From a virus (Duplodnaviria > Caudoviricetes), in IMG/VR virus record IMGVR_UViG_3300006133_000325: a stretch of 64,000 nt of DNA; one strand, written 5' to 3'. This document shows, in pieces, positions 29,245 through 39,576 of the stretch. Each line of letters begins with the position of its first letter. The stretch's first letter is position 1. Below the pieces are notes generated by a model. The model was not told the DNA's origin, did no database searches, and worked only from the letters and a program-made list of their open reading frames with translations. The position numbers and the translations under genes were made by a program.

Positions 29245-30033
29245 TTATTTATTGTTGAGCCAATCCTTATATTGGCGCAAAATTTCAGTATATAACTCCT
29301 CATCACTCATACCATCCATATCGCAAACGGCAGTAAATCCTGTATTGTCATTTTTTCTTCCTTTCATATCATCCAAAGAACGTAAATAAGAAAAATTGTC
29401 ATTTCCGATACCAATAAACTGCACAAACATATTGTAATTGGAAAGTTCCTTAATGATTTCATTTGTTTCCGTCTTATCCCAATTATCTCCATCTGTAATA
29501 AAAATGATAAATGCCGGAATGCAACTTGGTTCTACGTCTTTATAGTACTTCACGATGTCTTTTAAAACTGGCGCATAATTTGTCCCGCCCATATTCATAC
29601 GGGATTTCATCATAACCTCCCTTACATAATTCTTATAGTTTTGAATTGTCACAGCTTCCACTCGTTTTTGACTATCTGAAAACAGCCAAGATTCTAATTC
29701 GCCGTTATCATCAAATCGTAAAGAGATTGGAAGCAGCCTGGTAATAGTATTCTGCACAGATCCATCTGCAAACAGCCCGGACATACTACCGGAATAGTCC
29801 ATTGCTAATGCCACTCTTGCAACATGTTTTGACATATCAATTTTTCCTGTTTTAGACATATCAATCAATACTTTATCTAAGTTTTTTGCCGACTTAGACA
29901 TATCAATCGTCCCTACCATTTTTTCAGTTGATTCCTTTTGCGGTATTTCTCTACTTTGTGCTGGAGTACCGGAAATATCCGGATACTCCTCTTTGTTCTT
30001 GCTAAAAAGATTCTTAAATAGTCCCATACTCAA
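29245..30033 (-). CDS. vWA domain protein (Ter-associated)
   Basis: MIDAS DYSGSM, GGTNYAP, FITDG, QFIGIG, DNTGF. Confidence 0.88.
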   Translation of the reverse strand: MSMGLFKNLFSKNKEEYPDISGTPAQSREIPQKESTEKMVGTIDMSKSAKNLDKVLIDMSKTGKIDMSKHVARVALAMDYSGSMSGLFADGSVQNTITRLLPISLRFDDNGELESWLFSDSQKRVEAVTIQNYKNYVREVMMKSRMNMGGTNYAPVLKDIVKYYKDVEPSCIPAFIIFITDGDNWDKTETNEIIKELSNYNMFVQFIGIGNDNFSYLRSLDDMKGRKNDNTGFTAVCDMDGMSDEELYTEILRQYKDWLNNK

Positions 30034-32662
30034 ACTCCTTTTCTTTTATATTATTTCTTTTTACAATCGCTTTTCTAATCAAATCTACTGGAATTACCAA
30101 AAGAGAAAGACCTATAACGATAAGCCATTGAATCAGGTTCAATGAAGTAAGTTTCAATAATTCTCCTAAAAACGTACAAGCAATCATAACTCCAACAAAG
30201 ATTCCAATTGCTATCTCAACAAATAATTTATTTTTTTTCAAACCATGAAATAGATTAAAATGTTCTGTCCGAATATTAAATCCATTAAATACAGCCATGA
30301 AGCAAAGTATCGTAAATCTAGCAGTCAAAAATTCCAAATCACTCGTAAAATATCCGTGTAGAGATGTAAACATCATAAGGAAATACACCCCGATAAAAGT
30401 ACATGCGGCAATTGCGATTCTTCCCTTTGCTCCTCTGATAAATAAGCCAGAGCCTTTTTTAATAGGAACCTCACATATATATTCTTTTTTAGAAGGTTCT
30501 CCGCCAAAGGAAAGAGAGTTTAAAGAATCCATAATAATATTTACGATCAATATTTGAACAGATGCTAAAACAGACATACCAGAAGCAAAAATTGGATACA
30601 AAATACCTAAAATCAATAATGAAATATTGATAGGAAGTTGGAACTCTAAAAACATCATAATGTTGTGCATAAATGTCCTGCCAAGTTCTACTGCCTTTAC
30701 AGTGGAAGCAAAATTATCATCTGTTAAAACAATATCACTTGCTTCTTTTGCAACATCGCTTCCGCTTTGCATACCAAAACCAACATCTGCTCTCTTTAAG
30801 GCAGGTGAATCATTTACTCCATCCCCTGTCATCGCAACCGATTTATCAATTTCCTGTGCCAATGTCACCAAACGCAATTTTGTATTTGGAGAACATCTTG
30901 AGATAACGCGAAGAGAAGGAAGAACCTCTTTTACTTCTTCATCCGTCATTGCTTCAAATTCGTCATTTGTCAATGCAACCTCTCCATCTTTATAAATACC
31001 ACATTCCTTTGCCACAGCTACGGCAGTTTCAATACAATCTCCTGTAATTTCGATTACTTGTATCCCTGCTTTTTGTGCTGTCTTTACTGCTTTTGGCACC
31101 TCTTCTCTTATCGGATCTACCACTCCTATAACCCCTAAAAGCGTCATTTCATGTGGCAGATGATTTTCTATCAATGCTTCATTTTTAACTGCCAGGGCAA
31201 TACACCTCATAGATTTCGAGGTCATTGTTTTAATTGTATCACTTAGATTGCTTTTCATTTCTTTTGTGAATTCAAATACCGTTCCATTCTCCTGCATGTG
31301 TTGCGAACAAAAATCAATAATTCTCTCTGGTGCGCCTTTATAATATGTAATGCCATTTTCTGCGGTAAAGGCAGAGTATTTATTTAAGCTACTAAATACT
31401 TGCTTGTCCTTCATTTTGTTGTTTTTTACAATTTCTGAGTAATTCGACGGATTTACAAGGCTTAATACTGCTCGGTCAATAGAATTACCTCCTATTATGC
31501 TTCCTTCTCTGTCAAAGGTTGCACTATTATTTAGTACTATATTTTTCTGAACAGTATCCCAAAGAGTAGAATTTTTTAACAACTCTTTTCCACTTCCATC
31601 TATCACTGTTTTAGGAGACATCATTCCTGTTGTTAAAGTTCCAGTTTTATCTGTACAAATGATATCAACATAGGCTAATTCTGGAATCTTATTTGGATTT
31701 TTGGCAAGAATATTGAATCTTTCCATAGTTTTTACATTTTGCTTTGTAACCAATTTCACAATCAAAGGAAGCCCTTCCGGAACTGCTGCTACGATAATGG
31801 TTAATGCCACAGAAAAGTTTTGTGCAAATTTTTGTGCCAAGCTAAATACATTATCTGAAAAATAATTCTCAAATCCTACCTTTAAAATTCCCGAAGTCAC
31901 CAATACGATAAATGTTAAAATAGCAGCCGCGGTTCCCCATTTTGATATAAAATCGCCTAAATTATCAAGTGCAATATTTAATGCTGTTTTAGGTGATTCC
32001 AGCGTTTGCATTTTTACCATTGTATCACCATTAATCGTATTCACTCCAACATCTGTTACTACCATCTTCCCTTCGCCTGACATTACTGTTGTACCAGCAA
32101 AGAGACAATTTTCATTTGTATAAGCATCGGTTGATGTCGTTTTCTTATGAATATATTCATCTACTGGCTTTTTCTTACACTCTTTTGTTTCTCCATTGAT
32201 AGCAGCATTATTAACCGAAATTTTTCCTTCTACTATATACCCATCTGCAAAAATTTCATTTCCTAATCCAAGGCATACAATATCTCCTACTACAATATCA
32301 TCTTTATTGATGGTTTCTAATTTCCCATCTCTAATCACATCGCAATACCTTACAGATGTTTTTTCTCTTAACTCAACTGCAGATTTTTGTACTCCAATCC
32401 CTGTTTTTACGGCAATTCCTGTCACGATTCCAAGCACAACCATAATCATAGCTGGCTCTGAAAATTCCATTACTCCAACAAAAGTTAGTCCAAATTGTAA
32501 AACAGCGATAGAAATAAGGATCATTGTAATTTTTTCACTTAATGCTTCCTTTGCAAACTCATACCATTTTTTTAATTTTGGCTCTGGTAGTTTATTGCTG
32601 CCGTATTTCTTTCTGCTTTTTATAACCTCATTTTGAGTTAAACCTTTCATTTTTTCCTCCAT
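30014..32662 (-). CDS. Ca2+-translocating P-type ATPase (PMCA-like)
   Basis: VPEGLPL, DKTGTLT, KGAPE, DP.R, MTGDGVNDSPALK; multiple TM helices. Confidence 0.92.
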   Translation of the reverse strand: MEEKMKGLTQNEVIKSRKKYGSNKLPEPKLKKWYEFAKEALSEKITMILISIAVLQFGLTFVGVMEFSEPAMIMVVLGIVTGIAVKTGIGVQKSAVELREKTSVRYCDVIRDGKLETINKDDIVVGDIVCLGLGNEIFADGYIVEGKISVNNAAINGETKECKKKPVDEYIHKKTTSTDAYTNENCLFAGTTVMSGEGKMVVTDVGVNTINGDTMVKMQTLESPKTALNIALDNLGDFISKWGTAAAILTFIVLVTSGILKVGFENYFSDNVFSLAQKFAQNFSVALTIIVAAVPEGLPLIVKLVTKQNVKTMERFNILAKNPNKIPELAYVDIICTDKTGTLTTGMMSPKTVIDGSGKELLKNSTLWDTVQKNIVLNNSATFDREGSIIGGNSIDRAVLSLVNPSNYSEIVKNNKMKDKQVFSSLNKYSAFTAENGITYYKGAPERIIDFCSQHMQENGTVFEFTKEMKSNLSDTIKTMTSKSMRCIALAVKNEALIENHLPHEMTLLGVIGVVDPIREEVPKAVKTAQKAGIQVIEITGDCIETAVAVAKECGIYKDGEVALTNDEFEAMTDEEVKEVLPSLRVISRCSPNTKLRLVTLAQEIDKSVAMTGDGVNDSPALKRADVGFGMQSGSDVAKEASDIVLTDDNFASTVKAVELGRTFMHNIMMFLEFQLPINISLLILGILYPIFASGMSVLASVQILIVNIIMDSLNSLSFGGEPSKKEYICEVPIKKGSGLFIRGAKGRIAIAACTFIGVYFLMMFTSLHGYFTSDLEFLTARFTILCFMAVFNGFNIRTEHFNLFHGLKKNKLFVEIAIGIFVGVMIACTFLGELLKLTSLNLIQWLIVIGLSLLVIPVDLIRKAIVKRNNIKEKEFEYGTI

Positions 32663-32820
32663 TTCTTTTTATTTTTTGCTTTCTATATAATCTATCACAC
32701 AATCCCTGATAGTAGAAAACAAAACAATTAAACCAATTCCAATAACAATCCAAGCAGTTTCTTACATTTTATTACTCCTTCCTAGCATCCAAACATATTG
32801 TTCATCATCTTGTAAATTCA

Positions 32821-33717
32821 TCACTTCCTTAACCTAATTTTCTCAAACATATCATCAACTGATTCAAGTAAATCAAATCTCTCATCTAAAGGAGATGTTG
32901 AACTTTTAGAAAACTCCTTTTCTACCATATCAATAAAATAGGTAAATTCCGAATCCTCTCCCATATAAAACTCATCCCATTCTTCACTACTCATCAGCCG
33001 TCGGACTTCAAGCTGTTCTAAGGCTAAATTATCAAAGCTTACTACTTTGAAATGTTCGATGATGGCACCAATGTTTTCTTTCAGCCACATTTGTTTAGCA
33101 ATAATATTTTCACACTCCGCCCTATACCATTCATTTCCACGTCTTAACTGTTTATATCCAAGGATAAGTATTTTTAAACCTTTATCAGACAATATCTTTA
33201 CGTCAGATGGTTTAAATATACCGTTTATTACATGAATAACTGCATTTGGATACTGTTTGACCAATGATATAAATTCATCTGTTGGATCTACAAGTGATAC
33301 CCCAAGACCATATATCAATTTTTCTTCAGCTAATTTTTTAATCAGTTCCTGCTTCTGTTCAAAATGTTTTTGATTGACTGTAACATTTGCAATAACCCTT
33401 TTATCTTTTAGCTTATGTAAGAACGGAATCAGATCGGGATGGCTTGTTACGTCACCCCCTCCAAGTGCAACCTCCTGATACGGATGTAAAGTTTCAATAA
33501 AATTTTGGTTTAGGATATCTCCATGTTTACCATTTTTTGTACTTCCCTCATGACAAAAAGCACAAGACATGTCGCAATAATTGCTTATTTTAATATCATT
33601 ATTCTCTGCAAAATCAGGAATGAATTCATCCTCTTGCGTTTCTCTAATTTTAGTTCCGTCTAAAATATTAAATTTAACTGTGTAATTCCCATTTTTATAA
33701 ATCTTCCAACTGTTCAC
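32821..33717 (-). CDS. Radical SAM protein
   Basis: CDMSCAFCHE, ALGGG, NVTVN. Confidence 0.85.
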   Translation of the reverse strand: MNSWKIYKNGNYTVKFNILDGTKIRETQEDEFIPDFAENNDIKISNYCDMSCAFCHEGSTKNGKHGDILNQNFIETLHPYQEVALGGGDVTSHPDLIPFLHKLKDKRVIANVTVNQKHFEQKQELIKKLAEEKLIYGLGVSLVDPTDEFISLVKQYPNAVIHVINGIFKPSDVKILSDKGLKILILGYKQLRRGNEWYRAECENIIAKQMWLKENIGAIIEHFKVVSFDNLALEQLEVRRLMSSEEWDEFYMGEDSEFTYFIDMVEKEFSKSSTSPLDERFDLLESVDDMFEKIRLRK

Positions 33718-33732
33718 CTGTAAACCTCCATA

Positions 33733-34038
33733 CTATATACTCCCACTCAAACCCCATTCTTGATTAACTATCATATCCATAACATTCTCATCATCGTTCC
33801 AGCCAAAATCCCCATCTGGAGGATATTTACTAGACTTTTCAAATGCTATTGCTTCTTCTTTCGTATAAAAATGTTTGATTAGTGGTTTATTATTTTCTGG
33901 ATAATGCCATCCTGAACCAGAAAGCAATAATGCTTCCCCTTTATCTCACTTATCATAATCAGACTCTATACACATAACTAAGAAATGTAAGCTACTACTA
34001 TTAATCTCAAAAATTTCACGTCTTACTTGCTTTTTCAT
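33733..34038 (-). pseudogene. Third FETNSSS-family paralog, interrupted
   Basis: MKKQVRREIFEINSSSLHFL...DK*DKGE (internal TGA). Confidence 0.65.
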
Positions 34039-34051
34039 AAAATTTTCTCTC

Positions 34052-34537
34052 CTAATCACAATCTGTCTTTAATGACACATATTTATTGAATACAAAGTTA
34101 ATAATTGCATCCTCATCATAAATATCTATGATGTTGATTTCACTATAAGGCTGCGACTGATGATCAATATCCGGATCTTGTTCTCCTAAAATTTTGATTC
34201 CCGTTGCCCCAGAATATTTACATACCGTCTCCTGAATTCTTTTAAACTCCCACATATCATAAATATTAGAAATATCATCATATTCAGATAAATAATACAG
34301 ACAAGTAATTAAATAAGAAAGCTTGTCATACTGGGAAGTATAAAAGCATAAGTCTTTACCGAACTGTCCAAAATCAATTTCTATTTCTCCATCTTTATTC
34401 AGTTTAAACTTGCTCGCTTCCCTTCCGTCATTAGAAATAACCAAGCTGTGGGCGGAAGACGAGTTTGTTTCAAATACATCTTCTCTAATTTTTCTTCTCA
34501 TTCTATTCCCAATCCTCTTCTGGATATTCATGGTCAA
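34052..34537 (-). CDS. FETNSSS-motif phage protein
   Basis: IREDVFETNSSSAHSL; IDHQS. Confidence 0.75.
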   Translation of the reverse strand: MTMNIQKRIGNRMRRKIREDVFETNSSSAHSLVISNDGREASKFKLNKDGEIEIDFGQFGKDLCFYTSQYDKLSYLITCLYYLSEYDDISNIYDMWEFKRIQETVCKYSGATGIKILGEQDPDIDHQSQPYSEINIIDIYDEDAIINFVFNKYVSLKTDCD

Positions 34538-35219
34538 TTGTCTCCATATTTACTAATCCTGTTCGCTTCATATCTTTCCAATAACAGTACTCATCACCAT
34601 CCTGAATTACTATATATTTCTTATTGATAAGATATTCTTCAAGAGAGATATTCTCCTTTTTTAAAAAATTACTCAAAATATCTTCATCTACACATCCTGT
34701 ATATGGCTCTTCATAATGCCACCATCCACTTGCTTCCCAATATCCGACTGCAATCTCCCAATCATTTCCTTTTTGTAATAAATATTCTTTTAATTCTTCT
34801 TCAGTCTTTCCATGTATTTGATAATAATCGTTATTTTCATGTATTTTAGAATCTTTATTCGCAATTATACGATTACCCATCGGAAGTTTAATCTTCTTAA
34901 GACCTGGTATGTATTTCAGCGCGAGTGAAACAAGTTCTTTATAAACCTCATCATTGTATTCATGAACCAAAGATGCACAAGCATACAGCCATTTATCTGC
35001 AAATGTTCCTATAGCCCTAAATGGGCTTCTCCCAAACTCCATATCATGAATCCATGGTTTCCAAACACAAGACACCTCTCCTGTATCTGCATCCCTTTCT
35101 AGGTATATTCCATTTAGAATTTCTTCTTTAGTATATTTATCTTCTCGTTTCATAACCGTAAAAGAGTGCATACTACTTGAGTTTGTTTCAAATACACCTC
35201 TTCTAATTTGTGTTTTCAT
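34503..35219 (-). CDS. FETNSSS-motif phage protein
   Basis: IRRGVFETNSSSMHSF. Confidence 0.75.
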   Translation of the reverse strand: MKTQIRRGVFETNSSSMHSFTVMKREDKYTKEEILNGIYLERDADTGEVSCVWKPWIHDMEFGRSPFRAIGTFADKWLYACASLVHEYNDEVYKELVSLALKYIPGLKKIKLPMGNRIIANKDSKIHENNDYYQIHGKTEEELKEYLLQKGNDWEIAVGYWEASGWWHYEEPYTGCVDEDILSNFLKKENISLEEYLINKKYIVIQDGDEYCYWKDMKRTGLVNMETIDHEYPEEDWE

Positions 35220-37413
35220 ATTTTCCCCTTTCCTTATAAAAAAGCCTTCTTAACGTACAAATATCTCTTGGCATGCTACTCAAATCTTCTATATCATGTA
35301 AATTTCTAACCCAAGCATAAAATTCATTTGCTATTGGTGTGGTTAATCCAGAAGTTTTATAAATGTATCCGTTTTTAATTGTCTCATGAGCTACGCTTCT
35401 CATAAATTTCCAGAAATGATAATATGTCAGCTTTAGCTTGACCATATATCCAGAACTGTCTTCAATTACAAAACCTTCAATCTTGTTATTGTTGTATTCG
35501 TAGTCTTCCTGTAAAACATCATAATACCAATCAAAAAAATCTTGCCAATTTGCAATCTCAAACGCTTTTTCTTTGTGTTCTAATCCAAACTGCTCTGCAA
35601 TATGGCACATCTCACCATATTCATATTTAGCAAACTTCATTTGATTGTAAACAATATCTAATAATACCAACTTGTTTTCAGAATATTCGATAATATGCGG
35701 ATCGTTCTTCCTATCAACACATTCAAACACGAATGATACATTATGTTCTTTTATATAATTCTTCATTTTCAGTATATTTTCTTCTGATACTTTCTCATAC
35801 AACATATCTTTAAGCCAGCCAGCAAATTCACTGTCAATTGTAGACTTACTTGCAATAAATAAATCATCTTCATATTCGTTATAGCTGATAATTCCCAGAA
35901 AACCATTCTCTTTCACATATGCTGTTACAGGAAATTGTAGTTTATGCTGCAACATATCAAATTTCGTTTCAGAACGTTCATTGACATTAAAAAATTTTGT
36001 ATATGCTCTTGCTACTACTTTTCCTTTCATTGTGTCAAGATATAGTCCTCTTGCTTTCGTAGTCTGTTCGTCCCATATTTTATTGTAAAATACTTTAGGG
36101 GTAAAATTAAAAGATGAAATATTACCGAACTTCTTTTCTTGAATATACTTATTAGAACGCAATGCAATAATGACATCTGCTATCGTACTGCCTGTTACAG
36201 TTTGCTCTTTTTTGATTTCTGGTGTTTTAAATACCTCATTCTTTACTTCTATTGTATGAATCCCATTTTTATCAATCTGAACACACCTGAGATAACCTCC
36301 AAATTCTACTTGTCCTTCTAAATTGAATACCTTGTCATTTACTTGAATTGGCAATTGTTTCGTATTTCTATGTCCATGAACCTGGTAATAATTTTCTGGC
36401 GTAGTATTCAAATACGTCTCTGCCATTTTCTCAAAATCATTGTAATTGCCTACTCCATGAATCATTTGATCGGTTGCTACAAATGATAAATTGTTAGGAA
36501 CTGTACTGAGTCCAGCATGAGTAACCAAGAAAACTTTATCTTCATATTTATAATAAGCACACTGTCCAAATCTTCTATATAACTGTCTGATATCTTTTTT
36601 ATCAATTCCAGCCTCAATAAGTGCTGGTTTTGTTACTAACTCAAATTCTTTTGATTGGCTGAGACAATCATTAGCGTATAACCATAACCATTTTTCATGG
36701 TTCCCTTCTAACATCAATACATTTCTCTTATCTTTAATCGAAATAAGAAACTTTACAACTTCGGCATTTTCAATTCCTCGATCAATATAATCACCTGTAA
36801 AAATGAAAAACTCATTATCTTTCATTCCACCATTATCTGATAGATATTTCTGCAACACAGTATTGCAGCCATGGATATCTCCAATATGATGAATTTTTTC
36901 ATACTCTGACAAATCAATCATTTTCATCCAAATAGTATCTAATTCATCTGGTTTGATAATCTTTACTCCAGATGGAATCTTTTGCGTAGCAAATCTGGAA
37001 TACATTTTATCTATCACTTCTTCAGGTACTCTCTTTAATGGTACTCTGTTTGCATTTCTCCTTTTTACTTCTTCAATTGGAATATCTGTAAAATCAACAC
37101 AATAAATCCGATATCTATAGGTATCACACATTTGTTTATATCTGTTGATTTCTGATGTCTTGGAATTAGTTGCATCTACTACTGTAAATTCTCCTTTTTT
37201 CATCCTTGTTTCTAACAAGTTGAATAAAACCTTCCATGCAATGCCATCATTACTTTGACTGATTTCTTCCCTACCATCCAGCCGCATAATAGGACTCTGG
37301 CATAATAATCTGATATCATCTACTGATAATGTATAGGATTTTAACCCATTCTTTTCAATCCATGTGGATTTACCACATCCGGCAGAACCTCTTAATAAAA
37401 GTAAAATTCTCAT
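35203..37413 (-). CDS. Trifunctional RNA repair enzyme: polynucleotide kinase + metallophosphatase + Rnl1-like RNA ligase
   Basis: GSAGCGKST/DD.R/DATN; GDIHG, GDYIDRG, GNHE; ARGL, KFFN, KENG, FE, EGFV, KLK. Confidence 0.88.
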   Translation of the reverse strand: MRILLLLRGSAGCGKSTWIEKNGLKSYTLSVDDIRLLCQSPIMRLDGREEISQSNDGIAWKVLFNLLETRMKKGEFTVVDATNSKTSEINRYKQMCDTYRYRIYCVDFTDIPIEEVKRRNANRVPLKRVPEEVIDKMYSRFATQKIPSGVKIIKPDELDTIWMKMIDLSEYEKIHHIGDIHGCNTVLQKYLSDNGGMKDNEFFIFTGDYIDRGIENAEVVKFLISIKDKRNVLMLEGNHEKWLWLYANDCLSQSKEFELVTKPALIEAGIDKKDIRQLYRRFGQCAYYKYEDKVFLVTHAGLSTVPNNLSFVATDQMIHGVGNYNDFEKMAETYLNTTPENYYQVHGHRNTKQLPIQVNDKVFNLEGQVEFGGYLRCVQIDKNGIHTIEVKNEVFKTPEIKKEQTVTGSTIADVIIALRSNKYIQEKKFGNISSFNFTPKVFYNKIWDEQTTKARGLYLDTMKGKVVARAYTKFFNVNERSETKFDMLQHKLQFPVTAYVKENGFLGIISYNEYEDDLFIASKSTIDSEFAGWLKDMLYEKVSEENILKMKNYIKEHNVSFVFECVDRKNDPHIIEYSENKLVLLDIVYNQMKFAKYEYGEMCHIAEQFGLEHKEKAFEIANWQDFFDWYYDVLQEDYEYNNNKIEGFVIEDSSGYMVKLKLTYYHFWKFMRSVAHETIKNGYIYKTSGLTTPIANEFYAWVRNLHDIEDLSSMPRDICTLRRLFYKERGKYENTN

Positions 37414-37829
37414 TCTTCACTTACCGTCGTAAGTTGCACGTGCTTTTCACCTATAGGAACTTTTCATTTTATCCTTTCTTTATTTCTATTTTTAATATGC
37501 TTTCATTTCAAACCATTGCTCACCACAATAATTCTCTTTTTTAATAGCATCTATAATCTAGACCGTAATATATGTACATAATCGCTATTTTGTTCTCTTT
37601 AATTACTATCTATTTCATGTCTATTTTTAATTATTGTTCTCATTTTATTTCTCCATATATAATTTCCATAAAACTGTAAGATTGACTAATAAAATTATTG
37701 ACTTACTGTAGAATTCGTTATATTCTATATGTGTCCCAGGTGCAGAATACCAGACTTAGATCCTCATAACGAGTAGTGAGAAAAACCTATGGGACATTAT
37801 GCTCACTATTTCAAACGGAGGTGTTGCCT

Positions 37830-37928
37830 ATGGTATCAGATATCGCAACGATTATTTCATTCATATCCCTATTACTCATGAAACTTAGTTGTTTACATTA
37901 TCTAAGTCTGGTTGCCGACCTTATATAA
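37830..37928 (+). CDS. Small hydrophobic peptide, candidate type I toxin (32 aa)
   Basis: GGAGG RBS; MVSDIATIISFISLLLMKLSCLHYLSLVADLI; own promoter and structured 5' UTR. Confidence 0.45.
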   Translation: MVSDIATIISFISLLLMKLSCLHYLSLVADLI

Positions 37929-38028
37929 ATAACAGAGCTATTTGTTATTTACCCAAAATTATTTCTGTATGTTCTATTTCGTGTTTCTTAATTTAAGCCC
38001 AACTTTACTGTTTCAGGTATTTCTATGT

Positions 38029-39000
38029 CTAATATTCAGTAATATCTTCCTCTATTTCCGGAATTTCGATAAACTGTGCTAATAATCCTTCATGATAAAA
38101 TACTTTATCATTTTCCGTAATATCTTCTTTTAAAAACCTTCTGATTACAAACGGCAACATATAATTATCTAAACATTTAAACTCAATATCTTTTTCTCCA
38201 TTTTCTTTTATAATCTCTTTATAAAATCCTTCTGTTCCATGAATTACATAAAGGCGAAACAGTTCTACTCTAAATGGAACTGGAATAAGACAATCATTTC
38301 CATAAATCATATTATTTATATTTTTCTTGATCCAGCTTACAAGTAAATAATTTAACCCATCCTCCCTATCAGAAACATCTATTACAATTTCATCGTTAGA
38401 GAAAAATACTACTCTATCAATTGAAATTACTTCTTTTAAGTGTATTAAAAGTTGATCCATTATATATTTCTCATAGGTAATATGCCTTTTTGGATTACAG
38501 TTTCCCAAAATCACCTGGCGAATATATTTGCTGTTTATAATATGCTGATTTAGAGTATATCTCCCAATAAATTCTTCCCATGTATCCGCGTTACCAAAAA
38601 TTTCAGAACTATAATTCTGCAAAGCTGAAAAATTCGCTTTTCTCATATCAATGCTAATAAAACACTTTCCATTATTAGAAGGCTTAAATATGTCCTTACT
38701 CGGAAGATCTATATGTGTAATCCGGTACTTATTCATGTCTTCCTCATTAAAACGTTTATAGGAGCTTGATTCTTTAATGGATAAAATAGCAGAATCTTTT
38801 ATACGATTATATTCTTCAAAGTAATCTTGCTCACAATGATACTTCTCTAACTCACTTACAAACAGATTCCATTTTTCATTTGTTCCATAAAATTTATCAT
38901 ATAACTTTATCCTGTCACTAAAATATGGCTCCTGGAAAATACGTAACGGAATATTACAATCTTTGCAAAAGCGTTGTTTTGCTACTACAGATACTTCCAT
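38029..39000 (-). CDS. Hypothetical protein with possible polymerase-palm motifs
   Basis: 323-aa ORF; FISIDMRKANF and FSNDEIVI. Confidence 0.7.
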   Translation of the reverse strand: MEVSVVAKQRFCKDCNIPLRIFQEPYFSDRIKLYDKFYGTNEKWNLFVSELEKYHCEQDYFEEYNRIKDSAILSIKESSSYKRFNEEDMNKYRITHIDLPSKDIFKPSNNGKCFISIDMRKANFSALQNYSSEIFGNADTWEEFIGRYTLNQHIINSKYIRQVILGNCNPKRHITYEKYIMDQLLIHLKEVISIDRVVFFSNDEIVIDVSDREDGLNYLLVSWIKKNINNMIYGNDCLIPVPFRVELFRLYVIHGTEGFYKEIIKENGEKDIEFKCLDNYMLPFVIRRFLKEDITENDKVFYHEGLLAQFIEIPEIEEDITEY

Positions 39001-39054
39001 TTTAAATATCCCCCTTTATAATTCTTTCATTTACATATATTTTAGACTCATATA

Positions 39055-39576
39055 CTAATTCTTCATTTCTAAAATTTCATTTAACGTTTTTGGAAAGAAT
39101 CCAATAATATCTACCCCTACATTATAAGCATTTTTAACCTTAGACATATATTGATTCGTTTCATTGTTAAAGTTATTATGAATATGCCCGTAAAAATGTA
39201 GAACATTTCTATAATAACCATTCCATTCCACCATTGGATAATGACAACAAACAATTTGCCTTCCGTTATCTTGAACCATCTTTATATCAACAATTTCAAC
39301 AAAATACTTTTCACAATCAGGGCTTTTCAACAATTTACCATCATGATTCCCTACTATTAAATGTTTTCGCCCTTTTAACTGTTTAAGGTAAGAAATCGGA
39401 TCTTTGCCTTTATAGGAAAAGTCGCCTAATATATAAATATCATCATTATCTGCAACCCTACTATTCCAATTATTGATAATAACCTCATCCATTTCTTCTA
39501 CTGTATTAAATGGTCTGTTAGATAACTTACGAATATTGTCATGTCCCAAATGTGTATCTGCTATATAGTAATTCAT
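39055..39576 (-). CDS. Calcineurin-like metallophosphoesterase
   Basis: ADTHLGH, LGDF, GNHD, HYP, GHIH. Confidence 0.9.
   Translation of the reverse strand: MNYYIADTHLGHDNIRKLSNRPFNTVEEMDEVIINNWNSRVADNDDIYILGDFSYKGKDPISYLKQLKGRKHLIVGNHDGKLLKSPDCEKYFVEIVDIKMVQDNGRQIVCCHYPMVEWNGYYRNVLHFYGHIHNNFNNETNQYMSKVKNAYNVGVDIIGFFPKTLNEILEMKN

Noticed and set aside
2769-33950. TGA at expected Trp positions in ligA, the PAPS-reductase remnant and the third FETNSSS gene, suggesting TGA=Trp recoding
   Set aside because: ligA also has a TAA stop, a frameshift and deletions, the PAPS remnant is internally deleted, and intact genes use TGG for Trp and TGA as a normal stop; TGG-to-TGA decay is simpler
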